64,000 nt of DNA from Iphione sp. A-MEVVRFRX5 (Eukaryota): assembly GCA_976226885.1 (NCBI GenBank), contig OZ320315.1, positions 40,858,001 to 40,922,000 of the forward strand. The letters are read 5' to 3'. The position numbers were made by a program, and so were the translations under genes. Positions within the stretch are counted from its first letter, which is position 1. Each line of letters begins with the position of its first letter. Shown here in pieces: positions 27,801 through 41,020 of the stretch. Below the pieces are notes generated by a model that saw only the letters and a program-made list of their open reading frames with translations, had not been told where the DNA came from and made no database searches.

Positions 27801-28611
27801 TAGAGTCGCATTCTTCTAAACACGGATCTAAGCTTTAAATATTACAGCCATGATCTCCTAACTGCTTTTTCACGATAGAAAGGAAGCTGTTTGGTTTATC
27901 ACGTTACTTGGAACACGCTATTGGTTTACCCACTTTTACAACAAGCTGGGATTTTATTAAACTTAATAACCTAAATATGCTGTTTAAATAGTTTAAACTT
28001 GACCAAAGCACTACAGTGAGCATGATCCGCACGATGGCTGGGAAATCATAGACTGCTATCGTAGGAAATTACTGTCAGTGTAAGCATCTCATGATGGGCG
28101 GCCTAGGGAACCCCCACTCGGCTATATCCATTCCACTGTCATTGAATGCACAGCATCACTCGCAGTGGCCACGTTCTACATTAATAAAAACGAAGGTCAC
28201 CAACAGCCGTAAATTTGAGACTCCGTCTGCCATTTTCCTCTCCTTGATCTGTGTGACATTTACGAGGTTCTCCCTGATTATTATAGGCATATAAAACCTA
28301 GTGTATTTTACATACCTTTGATGTTGATACATAATAGGGAAAGGAAGTACAAAGTGAATAATGATACAGTAATTATGGTAATTGTGAGGTAGTTATGTAC
28401 GCCTAGATATTACTCTACCAGTTTTTTTAAATAATGGGTCATTCATTGATTATGACGTAACAATTATATGTAGACATATTCGCATGCACTTACTTGCTCA
28501 GTTTTAAATACGCAGCTATTTTACACTAGACGGCGCAACTGTATATCTCTACACAAATTCGTGTATGAGTTGAAAATGTCCAGTATCTGTGAGTGGATGT
28601 AACCGGAAGAA

Positions 28612-28796
28612 NNNNNNNNNNNNNNNNNNNNNNNNNNNNNNNNNNNNNNNNNNNNNNNNNNNNNNNNNNNNNNNNNNNNNNNNNNNNNNNNNNNNNNNNN
28701 NNNNNNNNNNNNNNNNNNNNNNNNNNNNNNNNNNNNNNNNNNNNNNNNNNNNNNNNNNNNNNNNNNNNNNNNNNNNNNNNNNNNNNNNNNNNNNNN
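28612..28796. other. Assembly gap (N run)
   Basis: 185 N. Confidence 0.99.
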
Positions 28797-30194
28797 ACTT
28801 GGAAAGGTTGTTTTCAGATCTGCTGCTCCTTTTCTCAATAAACAGGGCTTGTCATTACGTTTAATTCCCTCTTACTTAGCATCAAGATGGGACGCATTCA
28901 CTGTGTACATGTATTTGTATTGGGGGAGGGGTTTAGAACCCTTAGATCTCCATCCCGAGTTTCGGGCCTGTTTATAACGTATTTCTTGTCCTATGATACA
29001 TTTACGCGATGATTAGCGGGTATACTTACAAGTAAATCAATATATTGTGGATGTCCACTGAACCATATTCGGTATTTTCTCTGTAGTAATTTCCTCATAC
29101 TCTCCTATGTCCTGGCTGATCGGTAACTCTATTTCTGTGTATACATGTATCTCTGTTTCTCTTGCTGTACCTATCATTCTATTCCACTCTCTATCGATCT
29201 TTCTCCTAGCCCCCTCTTCCACTCTATTGATCCCTCTTTCCTAATCCATCTCTCTCACTGGACAACTCCTTTTTCAGTAGGACCCCTACCCAGGTATTTC
29301 CCAGATTCGCTGCCACCAAAGTTCATCTCATTAGCTACAGGGGTATGCTCTCAGGCGCCTCCTGGTGAGGACCTCTGCCGTCAGTGGCGCTGCGAGCGCA
29401 AGCCTACCCGGCCAGAGTGCGCGCTTTCTAATGGTGGGCAAACTCAATTTGGTGGTGATGTTATTTTCAGGTTGATGCCGGTACTAGAGGGCCAGCTCTG
29501 CCGGATGAGCCTCACAGAAATCACGTTTGCTAGTGGGCGACTGTAGGTGGCACCCTCACTCACCAAACAAAAAACAACCACCGCCACACATTCTTATATA
29601 CAAAGACAGTCTCAATTCGAGACACACTAAAGAAGATAACGCTATGTGAGTGTACATAATTTAATATATTGCTGAGTGCTGTAGTTACAGAGTAATACGT
29701 AATTACATATAATGCACACGTAATGACTACAACAGACGCATTGATATATGTGTTGATTTCTTCTATATTAAATTTAATAAAAGTACAAATAAACGCCAGT
29801 TGCCATTGTTGCAAGCTCCACACCATAAAAATAACTGAGATTGTTCCACAACCAATTTATCTATTGATCCTATCCACCAATTGTCACTCTGCGCCCATAG
29901 CTCCTATACATGTGTGTGTAAAGTGTTGAAAAAAAATATTAACAGGATTTTAGCGAAAGGATATTCTGACCCTATTTTCTCTTCGTGGCACAACCAACAA
30001 AATTCGAGGCTGACATGCTCTCCTCCTCCATCCCCAGTATCAAGGTCATCCAGTTAACGGTATTCACTTTACCATCCCATGATAATTACCAAAAACCACA
30101 AGGTGACTCCGGTCCTATCAATGATAGAGGGCTAGCGGGCGACCAGTGATTGCTCGGAATGACTATGCATCACTGCCGTGATTTCCTCAGTCGT

Positions 30195-30390
30195 GGAAAT
30201 TGGACGTCCGTGACAGATTCCGATTGGAAGCACTCCGCCCCCACACTCCCCCTCGGCTGACCCCGCCGGGGACTCCCTAACCATATTCCACCGTCGCAAA
30301 TGCTCTCTTGTTCGCCGGGGCTTCGCTAGGTGGTGCAGCCTTCATTTAAGGTCTAATGTCCCGATTGGATGGCACAGCAGCCAATGAGAG
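30195..30390. promoter_or_regulatory. CCAAT/GC-box cluster, promoter-like
   Basis: ATTGG at 30199, 30223 and 30364; AGCCAATGA at 30379-30387; CCGCCC at 30235; locally GC-rich. No linked gene identified. Confidence 0.3.
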
Positions 30391-31771
30391 GTGAGATGGG
30401 CAGGGACAGTCAGGGAGCGCTGTGTCAGCACTTGTCTTCTGAACAAGATGGCGACACCTGTTGATTCAAGTTCATTTTTTTCTACTCTCCCCATCCCCTC
30501 TCCCGTCTTTTTATCTCCCTCTCTGTCTACAAGCCTCACCTTATTCATTGAACATATCTCAATATAACACGAATACATGTATTTCTTTTAACTTTGTATG
30601 TGTTAGATACAGTATGAGGAAGACCATGTATGTGAAATATACCGATGTAAAACTTAACGAGGCATGTGTAACAAGCATTGTCCATGAATTAACTACATGC
30701 GTGGATCCCAGATAGATAGAAATGCCTGCCGTGCCATGAAAGTAGATGGAGAGGTTAGCTAGAGACGTATATACACCATTCATTCAGATCCAGGAATTTG
30801 TAGTGGAGGTCTGCTCTATCGAGGCATGAATTTAGTAAACTCCAGGGAAATGAGCAGAGGTGTGCTCTTAGGATGTATATGTTCAGCAAAATTCAGGGAA
30901 TTTCAGTGGAAGTGTACTCTAAAGATGTATAAATGCATGCGTTTAACAATGCATATGTGCATGCATGTATAGGACACACACACACGCACACACGGACACT
31001 CAGGGATATGGAGGGATACACAGAGACATGCAGGGAGACACAGATATGACAATTTCATTGGTAGCATCCAAAAAGTATTTTCATGAATTATATTAGGCTT
31101 AGATTACAAAACAAGTAGTTTGATTATGAACAGCGGATATGTAGAGAATGGGGGGTAGCAACTTTCACATAATTTCCTTCATACCTAATTCATACACAAT
31201 ATAGACATGCTATACACTAAATTAAAGCTGAAAGATCAGGCTTTCTCATGGTATAAGGCCCTTTCTGTTATCTAATATTCTCACTGAATGCTAATGAATT
31301 AGATTTTTTAAGTATGTCTAAAAATGAAAATATATAAGATAGAAACTTGCCCCAAACTTCTTGAGAAAGAGCAAGGCTTCTACTACAAGACTGCCAATTT
31401 TCAAAAAGATCCTTACATGGGAAATAGTGAGGCTTTTAACTCAAAGTTACTCTGTATGCTTCAGTTTGGGACCATGATTGAGACAAGAAACCAGTAAGCT
31501 GTCAATGGTGGGGAATTCCCCTTCACAGTACCGCTCTGCGCACATTGCTAGTTACTGGTGCCTGGGGTACAAGTGTGTATGAAATGAGTACACAGACTTT
31601 GCCTCTTTTGGAAATCACAAAATGCAGTAGTATATCATCTGTGCCGTATTTTCATAGGCATAAAAATGAACAAAAATGCCAGACAAAGGACAAAGCCCAT
31701 GCAAATTTGGCCCCCAAACAGCAAAAACTGATTAGTAGATGTGTGGCAATGTGTGTGAATGCCTGGAAATA

Positions 31772-32330
31772 CAGGAGAAACTTACTTTGCGACCACGAGT
31801 TGGGTCGGCCCAAAATGGTCGTAATAGCGAATATGGTCGCAAAGCAATTTTGTAGGGGGTCTAGGCTGAAGACAATATCCCTTTCTCCCTCTCTCTCTAT
31901 TAACATATTCCCCCGACACCCCCGACCACTACCAGCAGACCCTCTCCAGGGTGAGAGAACATCAAAGACATCGAAGTTGATGTCCTGCGACCACTCTCAG
32001 CCGACCCCACCTGGGTGAGAGACCATCAAAGACGTCGAAGTTGACGCTTTCAACCACTCTCGGCTGATTCCTCCAGGGTGAGAGAACATCAGAGACATCT
32101 CCCCCCGACGCCCCGCGACCACTCCAGGCCGCTTGGTCGCAAAGCAATAGTAAAATATACAGGAAACAACCCTAAGGTGTGTGGTCGGAGGGTGAATATG
32201 GTCGGAAAGCAATATGGTCGCAAGTAAATCATATAGAGAAAGTACTTAAAATATTTCCGTTCCGAAGACAAATGGTCGTAATAGCCAGTTTGGTCGGAAA
32301 TTAAGATGGTCGCAAAGTAAGTTTCTCCTG
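31772..32330. mobile_element. Non-autonomous DNA transposon (MITE), TA target duplication, Tc1/mariner-like
   Basis: Perfect 24-bp TIRs CAGGAGAAACTTACTTTGCGACCA (31772-31795) and its reverse complement (32307-32330), each flanked by TA; many subterminal TGGTCG repeats; about 2.5 internal copies of a roughly 61-bp unit (31935-32130). Confidence 0.9.
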
Positions 32331-32357
32331 TATATTGTTTTGTGCAAGAAACATAGC

Positions 32358-32403
32358 TAACAAGGTTATTTCACTCTCACTAACAAGGTTATTTCACTCT
32401 CAC
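32358..32403. repeat. 23-bp direct tandem duplication
   Basis: taacaaggttatttcactctcac twice, exact. Confidence 0.9.
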
Positions 32404-35400
32404 TCTTCATTTAATTTTAGTCAAAACATGCTATATACGACCGTTAAAATTTTCTGAAACCCAAAACGCGTATACACACCTGTGAAAACACACTACATGG
32501 TACACGTGCCTAGGGAAAGTGCCCTGCTCTGAACCATGGTTCCCCCAAAACCACAGCGTTACTATTGTAAGGACACGTTCCCAAGGAAATTCATTCTAAA
32601 ATTGGTCTAAAATAGAAATATACATTTGAAAGACTCGTTGCATTCTCAAACAGGTAAAACCAAAGGGACAACGATATAGAAAACGTGCCAGTACTGTATG
32701 TATCCTTTTTGAAAGACCTCATAGCCTAGTAGATGGAACATAGCAACATACATAGAGAATGGAATGTGAGAAAGGTAGGGATGGGAATGCTGGATTCGAA
32801 TACCGGCAAGGGAACAGGAGTGAAAGCTCTAACATGACTCGAAACGCAATAAACACCTCAAGAGATTGCATTCGCCGGTTAGGTGATTGTCAAGATATTG
32901 CACATGATACATTATGCACTTCCTAAACATTGAAACAAACAGGTTTAAAGATGGCTGCAGTGCTTCAAACATGTTTACCTTGTTGCAACTATCTGCGTAT
33001 GCCTGTTGTCTTCTAAATGACATATCAACATAGTATAGCTCCTTCAATAAGATCCTTTCTACTAGTAAATCTCCATCTTTTCTGCAATTTAACCTTACAC
33101 TTTTTCAAATTTATGAAAATGAACCCATGGATCGTTGGGATTGCATACAGCGACCCATGGAATAGAGCGACATAGGTCACGGCTGACCATAACCTCACTC
33201 ATGTAAGTTTATGGTAAGTTCACTTCCGCCATTTTGCTTCTGAGACGTTTACGACATGCCCACGTCCTGAATAGATTAAACATTGTAATACAAGCAGGCA
33301 TTAACAACAAATATAACTATATTTGATACACATGTCAGCCTCCGCCGTCCATAAGAGTGAAGGAATGCAGACAAGTTTTTGTGCGTTTATTTTGGGTAGA
33401 GGGACACGGAAGAGAAGGTTAGGATACCATGCAGGATTTGTCACAAATCTTCTACAAACAAATATTTATGCGGTCTTCTAGCATATGATATTTTTTTTAT
33501 CAAAATCGAAATCAGGAGGGCACAATGATTTATGGCCCTCTTACTCAATTGTGAACACACTCGTTGATATCTCTCATCCGTTTTGCTAGGGATCAGTTTT
33601 AGGTAAGGGCAACGTCTATATTATAATTTGGAACCTAACGGTTTGTTTCCGGGACTGGATTCCTGGTCTAACATGGCGTTCGTACATGACCTACAGCCAG
33701 CTTAATCTGCCCTCATCTAAAGGCATATCCAATAATTCGATGGATCACCAGTCGACAGGAATCCATTTGTATATGGCACGAGGTGTCATGACGTTCATCT
33801 AAATTTATATACTTCACTGACGGGGAGAGCAGTTACTTGAACGAAATCGGCAGGCTCTTGTGCAAGTAATAATTCAAGAGAATCATGCGTCTTCCCGGGC
33901 GCGCCAGATGACCATAGTACATTTCTTCTGGTGAAAGGCCTTTCTTTTGGTGAAGGCCTTTTCTATCGTTTATTTCAGGCGTAACATCTTTTTGGTCGCT
34001 AATTGTATACATGTTATACAGATCTGTGGAAGCCAACATCCCAGGTACTGAAATTACATCCTAGCATTGTTGGCACCGTTGCAGTTCCTTTGTTACAACA
34101 GTGGCAAGCTGGGTTGTGACATTGTAATTGTGTAGACCCCCAGCAATGGTGTAACAACCTGCATTCTTTGTGTAGTTTTGACCAACCTGTATTCATCAAA
34201 ATAAGGTTAAAATAGAAAAGCATTAGGGATTCAAGCCATGCATCCTACCTCCCTTCAGTCCTACAGTTTCGGCAGTTGTACCTAATCGTGCATATAGAAT
34301 TCAGACTGTTTTCACACCTCAGAAGGCACATTCTCTAATTAAGATCCTGTTTACAGTATAAATAAATACATACATGAATGTATACTGTTCACAGAGTTTA
34401 AATTAAAGAGCCTATGAAATGGTCAAGGTACAAAGAGCCGTGGAGCAAAATTGCTGAGGTGCAAAGTGGTCAGAGAACAATGTGACCACATTTCAGTACA
34501 GCCAAGCTGTAAAATGACCTAATTCAGTTTGGGCTTTTCTCAACTTCTGCCATTTGGGTCCATAACTATTTGGCATCATGACTGTTTCACATTTTGGCTA
34601 TCCTTGAGCATTATATAACTTGGTCTTCTTAAAATGGCAGTATCTAATTGGCTTATATACATTATGTGATATTGGTAACAGGATATCAGTCTAGGATTGA
34701 TGAAGCCCATTTCTAACCAAACGTAGTACTTAAGAGACAAAAATTTATTTTTTTGATCTATTATTTAGAGGCATTATTGTAGACAATTTTGAACTAATAT
34801 ATATTGGAAAATCATTTTGTTTGTTTACATTTCGCATGGTAGGGATTGAGGGTGCATGATCCCTATGCTACTGCATTGCTTTGGTAATGTCGAAAGATGG
34901 GGACTGCACACCAAGTAAAAACAAGATACTGACAGGTGACAGAGTGTAGTCTACAACTCTGAAGGGTGGGGCAGCACCACCTCTACAATACTCCTTGCAC
35001 CTACGAAGATCTACTGAGCACCATCTTATAGTACATGTGTCCAGCATTATAAACATACTGTCTTTATGAAAAGGTTGAGCATAAAATAGCAAACTGCATC
35101 AGCTATAGATCTCACATCTTTAATCTTATCATGCCACTATGGCGTAGATAGTCGGGGTTGTTGTGAAGGTGGGACGCCCCCCCCCCGACAGACACACAAG
35201 TGAACAAAATTTGTTTCCTACTTGGCAAATTCACGGCCTGAATTGGCAAATTCATAAAACAGAGTTGGCAATTATCATCGCACACACCAGGATCCTCTGC
35301 CTCACTATGACCTTGAATTGCCCATGGCTCCGAATTATTTTACAGAAGAAACACATGCATACACATGTTTATACATGTGGTCATCATTCAACTAAGTTTG

Positions 35401-35749
35401 AAGTTCATATCTCAAATGCTTCTAAACAATTTCACTTTCAAAAAAACCTCCCACAATTCCTGTGAACAACATCTACATTCGGCGGAATCGATTCGCAAAA
35501 TCAAACCATTCTTCTACATCGAGAGGTCACCCATATATCTTAAAACTAACAAGTTATGGTAACCATTTCCTTCTAAGACAGACCAGTGCTACATTCTCAA
35601 AATAGATGTTTTCGGATTTTCAGATGGTGCTCGAGCAAAGACGCCGGCTAGTTTGATGGTAACACACAGTCGGAGACTGTGGGAAGATAGGTAGGAAGAC
35701 TGTGGGAAGATAGGTAGAACTCCTGCATACATGAAACGTATGAAGTCTT

Positions 35750-36360
35750 GGGATTCTTCCTTGACGTAGGCCTAAACGAAGAAGGCAGAGTGTTGCAACA
35801 CCCTACACTCTGGTGTCAGCCTTTAGACAGTTACTAGTCATGACAGGCATTCCCTTTCTCCATTGACCTCTAAATCTGAGCGTTTCTTCGAGGACTTTAC
35901 ACTTGCTGTCAGTGTGATCCACATACTATAATCCATATGGAAGTCACTTCAATATTTGGTGGTGTCTGGTCTACTTAACAGTAAACGTTCTCTTTTACTT
36001 AATCTGCTTAAGGATGTTATGATGCGTTCCATTTGAACATGTTTCATGTCTTCAGGCACCCGATATAATCACGTCTATGTTCCAGTGACATGACACGCAC
36101 TTTCTGTTGGAAGTTCTGTGGATCTTTTTTTTCCAAGCACGTAGTTTCAACTCTTTACACGTACCTGTACAAAAGTGTTCAGCAGAGCAAACGATCCTTC
36201 AAGGATAATATATGAAGGATAAAAAAATGAAAGGTTCATCAAAGAATTTTGCAAACATGACGTTGCTAACCTAAACGTTCCTTTGAAGCGGACAAACAAA
36301 CATCTACTAACATTAAGCGGCTGAAAGCTGGCTGTTGTGGCAGTCACGATATTATCGGCC
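35750..36360 (-). mobile_element. Decayed LINE RT fragment
   Basis: FQPLNVSRCLFVRF resembles YRPISLLSCLSKLF; GKKRSTE resembles GFRKGRST; TPECRVLQHSAFFV resembles VPQGSVLGPLLF. Weak. Confidence 0.3.
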
Positions 36361-36619
36361 TTTCAGGATTTTTCACATGGCGTTGTAGTGGATAAGTGCC
36401 CAGGGCTGACTTGTCACTTAATTTTCCAGTCAACGAAGTCTACTGGTAGTCAATGATCATTAGCACTAGAACAATTTACACGGGCCACATTGTCACTAAT
36501 TGTAGTTAAGCAGCGCAGACGTTTATTCAAATAGCTTACATTTCATAATACTAATCTAGTACAGTACATGTGCATTCTATTTTATTACGTATTCAGATTG
36601 TCATTGCTGGTTATTACTA

Positions 36620-37106
36620 AGGCCCGGTTTCCCTACCTGTGGTGACATGCATGTGTGGTGACATGTGGTGACATGTGTTGCTTGTTTTCAGACCAGGTCC
36701 GTAAATTTTCCACACAATGCACACCAACGCACTGTAGTATAGTGCATATAATCTTGGAATCAGGTGTAACACTGTGTAACATATGTTACATGATGTGAAT
36801 TATTTTGTAATTTGCATATCATTTGAATAAAAACTGCACAATTTTCACCGATGTATGCTTCGGCCTCCAAAAAAAACACACAATTTTCACTGATATGCTT
36901 CAACCTCCACAAAAAACATACATAAATACATGTATATATATACATGCATACATGTATATGTCTCTGGCAGTCTCCTGCAGCCCTCTTCCTGCATGTATGG
37001 AAAACCTCTGTGCGGGAGATCGGCAATGCATACAAACGCACTGGAAATGCACACATACCTCTCCCGCACTTCGCCGCATATTGCCGCATGCATGGAAACT
37101 GGGCCT
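36620..37106. mobile_element. MITE with AGGCCC..GGGCCT termini (TA or TWA target site; Harbinger-like or Tc1-like)
   Basis: taAGGCCCGGTTTCC at 36618-36632 and GGAAACTGGGCCTta at 37094-37108 (one mismatch); subterminal short repeats; internal duplication of about 43 bp near 36833-36920. Confidence 0.7.
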
Positions 37107-38299
37107 TAGAATACAACCTTTCAAATGCAAATGTAATCTACTGTGCATTACCATCGATGAGTATATCGCCAGTCCAGATACTGTGGAACTGGGGCGATCC
37201 AACACCAAGTGAAAGGGGTAAATCGATGTAAAAGCTTCCAAATAAAATTGTAACGTACTATGCATTTTCCCGAAAAGTAGCTTAATAAGATATTGCGAAA
37301 CTGCAGAAATCCCGCAATAAGCAAAAGGGGCAATGCAGTGTAAATGTATGAAACAAAAAACGTGTTCAACTATCAGTTGGCTAAAAACCATATCATGGTC
37401 AAAAATTATATAAATCTTAACAAATATTGAGACATTGTATTTCAGTGTGAATATCAAGGCCAGTTCATAAATATTCCATCTGCAGGTCTTTTCGCTTTGG
37501 TTAGTATTTAAACTCAGGTGGTCTTTTAATCCCCCCCTTTTTTTTTTTACATAATTTCGATGCAGAAACATGTCAGTACATGCAGAAAAATAAGTAGATA
37601 CGTACCATACTACTAATCCAGTAAAAAGAAAGAACAAATAAGTACATAATGCATAAACTCAGAAGAACTCCATCAAATGAAATTCTGTTGATATACATGT
37701 AGTAATGCTTGCTTTAGGGCCCACGGCGTATTTACACCATTAGCAGCCTCTTTAGACAAGATCAAGAGATTATCTTATTGGTATGTTAAACGGGTAGACA
37801 TCGATGTATATTTGTTTTCGTTTGATAACAATATGAACCTTCTGAAAACCAATGTGCTATGCTTTAATAGAAGATGAATAAGCCCGTCTTGCCTGATGCC
37901 AGAAGAAAGATGACTAATAACCTATTTGGAACAGGAGAATATGCGTCTTTTAGTTTTTGTTCCCAATATATAGCGCTTGCACGTCAGCCCTTTCTTAATC
38001 CCACCTGTGTGCCTCCCATACCTTCTGGTCGACCTCGTGTCACACGTGAGTCTCACTTCTGAATACTCTAAATGGCATCTGACGGCTTTCCTGTTGCCAA
38101 ATTAATCCTGATCAGAACTAATCGCCGTCGGCTACAGGCTGGTGGTTTCTCTCTGCTTGGCTGACATCTTGTCCTGATCGGACTGCCAGCGAGCCTTCCA
38201 GCTGTCAAGCCTTATTGCCCGTCAGTCGACGTCAGATATTCCTGCTGCTCCAGTCGCCCCGCCTTCCCGTCCGTCGCGACTATACCTCCAATAACCTGC

Positions 38300-38660
38300 C
38301 CGTGTCCATTCAAGGCTAACCTCGTGGGAATATTGAGCTAGATCTGCGCACGTGCCCCAAGTCTGACGAAGTAGTCAATGGCCGACAAGGTCATCGCATA
38401 GATTGGAGCTGAGGTGGGAGGAGGCAGATGGGGGTGTCTGGTCAGCGCTACCACCGGTGGATGTTCCATGGGTGGGTGCTCCTGTGGGCGACCAGCACCC
38501 CGTGCCATGTAGATCGGGCATAGATATTGCCAAGAAGGAAAATGAAGGGATTATTCTTGTTCAGCTAGAGGAGGGCTTCGTCGATGCCATGGTGAAGCAG
38601 GTAGGGGAACCAGCGGTAGATTCCCATAGAGAATCCGAATACGTGGTCGACTGAGCCATG
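38300..38660 (-). mobile_element. Decayed LINE apurinic-like endonuclease fragment
   Basis: SMGIYRWFP...IDEALL*LNKNNPFIFLLGNIYA resembles the giYRPP...iilGDFN pattern of APE domains. Confidence 0.35.
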
Positions 38661-39649
38661 GGTTGGCTGAGTAGGGGAAAAAGGGAAGATTACACGAATT
38701 CAGAGAGGAACAAAATGAACAGACAGAGGCGGACGGACAGATCGATGGTAGAAGATGCAGAGGAAAAACACGTGGAATGAAATGAAGATGTGTTGTGAGA
38801 CTAGCTACAAAGTCACAGACTCAAACAAGCTACATAATGAATGAAAGCTACATAATAAATGAAATTCAGAAACGTAGAAGACAAAGAGGGAAGAAAGAAA
38901 ATTAGAGATAGAACCGACAGAAGAAGCAAGAAGATAAATTTCGTCAATATTCACATCTCTGGCTGAAATATGTGTTGAACCTACTACGTAAAAATTTGAT
39001 CTTAAATCATTTTACATGTATGTGTATAGATAGGAGTACCGTATGGGTGAATAAACGTATATGATAAAATGCATACAGACAACTATACATACAAATTTTC
39101 ATGCATATTGTCCATATAATAGCTTTCGTCTTTGCTCTCTACAGATTGGAATAAATCCAGTCCCCTCCATCTTTGCAACAATCTCTTATCTAGGCCTATT
39201 CGTAGGAATTCACTTAAAATGTAAATGTCAGCACATTCAATAGAAATCCCTTCATCACCGTTGCATGCGGTAGGGTGGGGGAGTAGCTTGTCTTCGTAAC
39301 TGCTTAGTCAGCCCACGCTGGGAATTAAAGACGTGGGCGATGTAGTACAACGCGATACGGTCAGAGTGAAGAGAACAAAATTTGAGCAAGGAGAAACGTT
39401 TCCACTGTCATATCCGTAGAAACAAAACGATATTACATGCTGCATAATATTGGTCAAGAGGGTTCTAGCAGATAAGGTTTTATATGTCATATGCAGGTAG
39501 ATATATCAGATTTCGACTAGGTCATCATCTTAAACGCGGTAGTCCGTCACTGTAGAAGCATCGTGTATTTCGTATATGATTACCATCTGAAAAAAAACCT
39601 GCCGTCTAACGCCAACAACAGGTAGGCAACAGGGGCAGTTGTACTAGCT

Positions 39650-39950
39650 CTGTGCAATTCATCCGATCACCTGTTCAACTGAATCCACCGAACCATATTT
39701 TCGGCCGCTGTCTGAGGCCGTGGGTATGTCTATCGCATAGGTCCACTTGGTCCCAGCTAAGCCGGGTGCGTGTGTTCGGTACATCCTTACGACCCTTAGA
39801 TACGTTCGTCGTAGTACTGTATTCCCCAAACCCACGACCGTGTCATTCTAGGTATTACAACCCTGAACACGTTGATTGAGACACTTTGCGAGGTAACCTA
39901 TGAAGCCTTTTGCTACAGTGATGAGAAATGATATAAAAACTTATGTTCCC
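39650..39950 (+). mobile_element. Possible L1/Tx1-type RT relic
   Basis: RVRVFG...FVVVLYSPNP resembles L.kfGf...wi..LYs.P. Weak. Confidence 0.25.
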
Positions 39951-40429
39951 TTAACCAAGTATTACTAAGCATATTCCCCATTGCCTTCAGCGTACAACGC
40001 ACCTGGTCAAGCAATACAGGTTTAGTTTGTGTGCATATTTATCACAAGCCCTGGGTAGTGTTGCTCCAAATTCCAGCAGTCCATCTTACATGAAGGTGAG
40101 GTTTCCCACAGGTGGACACATGGTCCAAACCTATTATTTTTATTATTTCACCATATTATTATTTTAGTCGTATAATACACAAAATGACACAAATCCACGC
40201 ACCAATTCTATGTAGCACATAATATACCATACCCAACATATGTGCTGGAAAAATACGTTATTCTTGTAAAGTAATCACATTCTTGACATACATTGTATAC
40301 CTAGCCTAATAGATATGCTAAGTATCTCATGTTGAGACAAAAGGTAATGACAAAATGAATAATTGTAATCATTTTCTTCTTCAGCTTAGGCAGTGTGAGT
40401 GCCATAATGTCTGGGGAGGACAAGCCATC

Positions 40430-40720
40430 CCACAATTTTATTCTATTGAGCCAGAACCGACTACAGTGGCCAGGCTAGCTCTGGTACGTCTAGACTGCTT
40501 ACAAATGTCACATGCTTTGATGTTGACCAGCCTGTGCATTAGCATGAACAGTTGGCGCTTACGCCTAACCTGAAGGAAGGGCATCCTGATACTCCCTCTG
40601 AGAGACAGAGGTGATCTTTGGGTATGGAGGGTGACACTGAGTACCAGTTTTAGTTCATCAAGTACCTTTTTGCTACAGTTGATTACGAACGGGGAGGCCA
40701 TAATCGAATACTGGCATCAC
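40430..40720 (-). mobile_element. Decayed LINE ORF2 C-terminal fragment
   Basis: LQVRRKRQLFMLMHRLVN resembles L..RR.....lmyK.vN. Confidence 0.35.
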
Positions 40721-40974
40721 GAATGCCTGGAACATTCTCTCTATGTCTCTGAAGGAGAGCACTCGTGCAAGCTTATATAACAGATAGCTTCTGTGCACGG
40801 CTCATTTCAGCATCTCATTGTCATGTGCTTTCTAGTTCAGTTTTTCATCTATCGAGCACCCGACAAATTTACATTCACGTTATTTTGTTGATGTTACTAC
40901 TTTCTATATACATCAGTAAGAATACCACAACTCTTGAAGACCAGGGTTAAGTTTTGGTGCTTTATTGAAGGCTT

Positions 40975-41020
40975 AGTACCCAACGTTTCGTCGTGTGTGT
41001 GTGACTTCTTCAGGGGTTCC
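40975..41020 (-). ncRNA. Minimal type I hammerhead ribozyme motif of Penelope-like-element type
   Basis: Minus strand reads GGAACCC-CUGAAGA-A-GUC-(AC)5-GAC-GAAAC-GUU-GGGUACU: core CUGANGA and GAAA, stem II GUC/GAC, palindromic ACGU in place of stem III, stem I ACCC/GGGU, and one extra A after the core. Confidence 0.6.

Noticed and set aside
32780-32860. T-loop-like GGATTCGAATACC and a CTCGAAACGC-AATAAA stretch
   Set aside because: No full tRNA cloverleaf or A box, and no CUGANGA core; cannot support a tRNA, SINE or ribozyme.
33526-33535. TGATTTATGG Hox-Pbx-like site
   Set aside because: Isolated 10-mer with no conservation data.
36900-37637. 245-aa minus-strand ORF
   Set aside because: Crosses a MITE boundary and AT-rich low-complexity DNA; composition is not protein-like.
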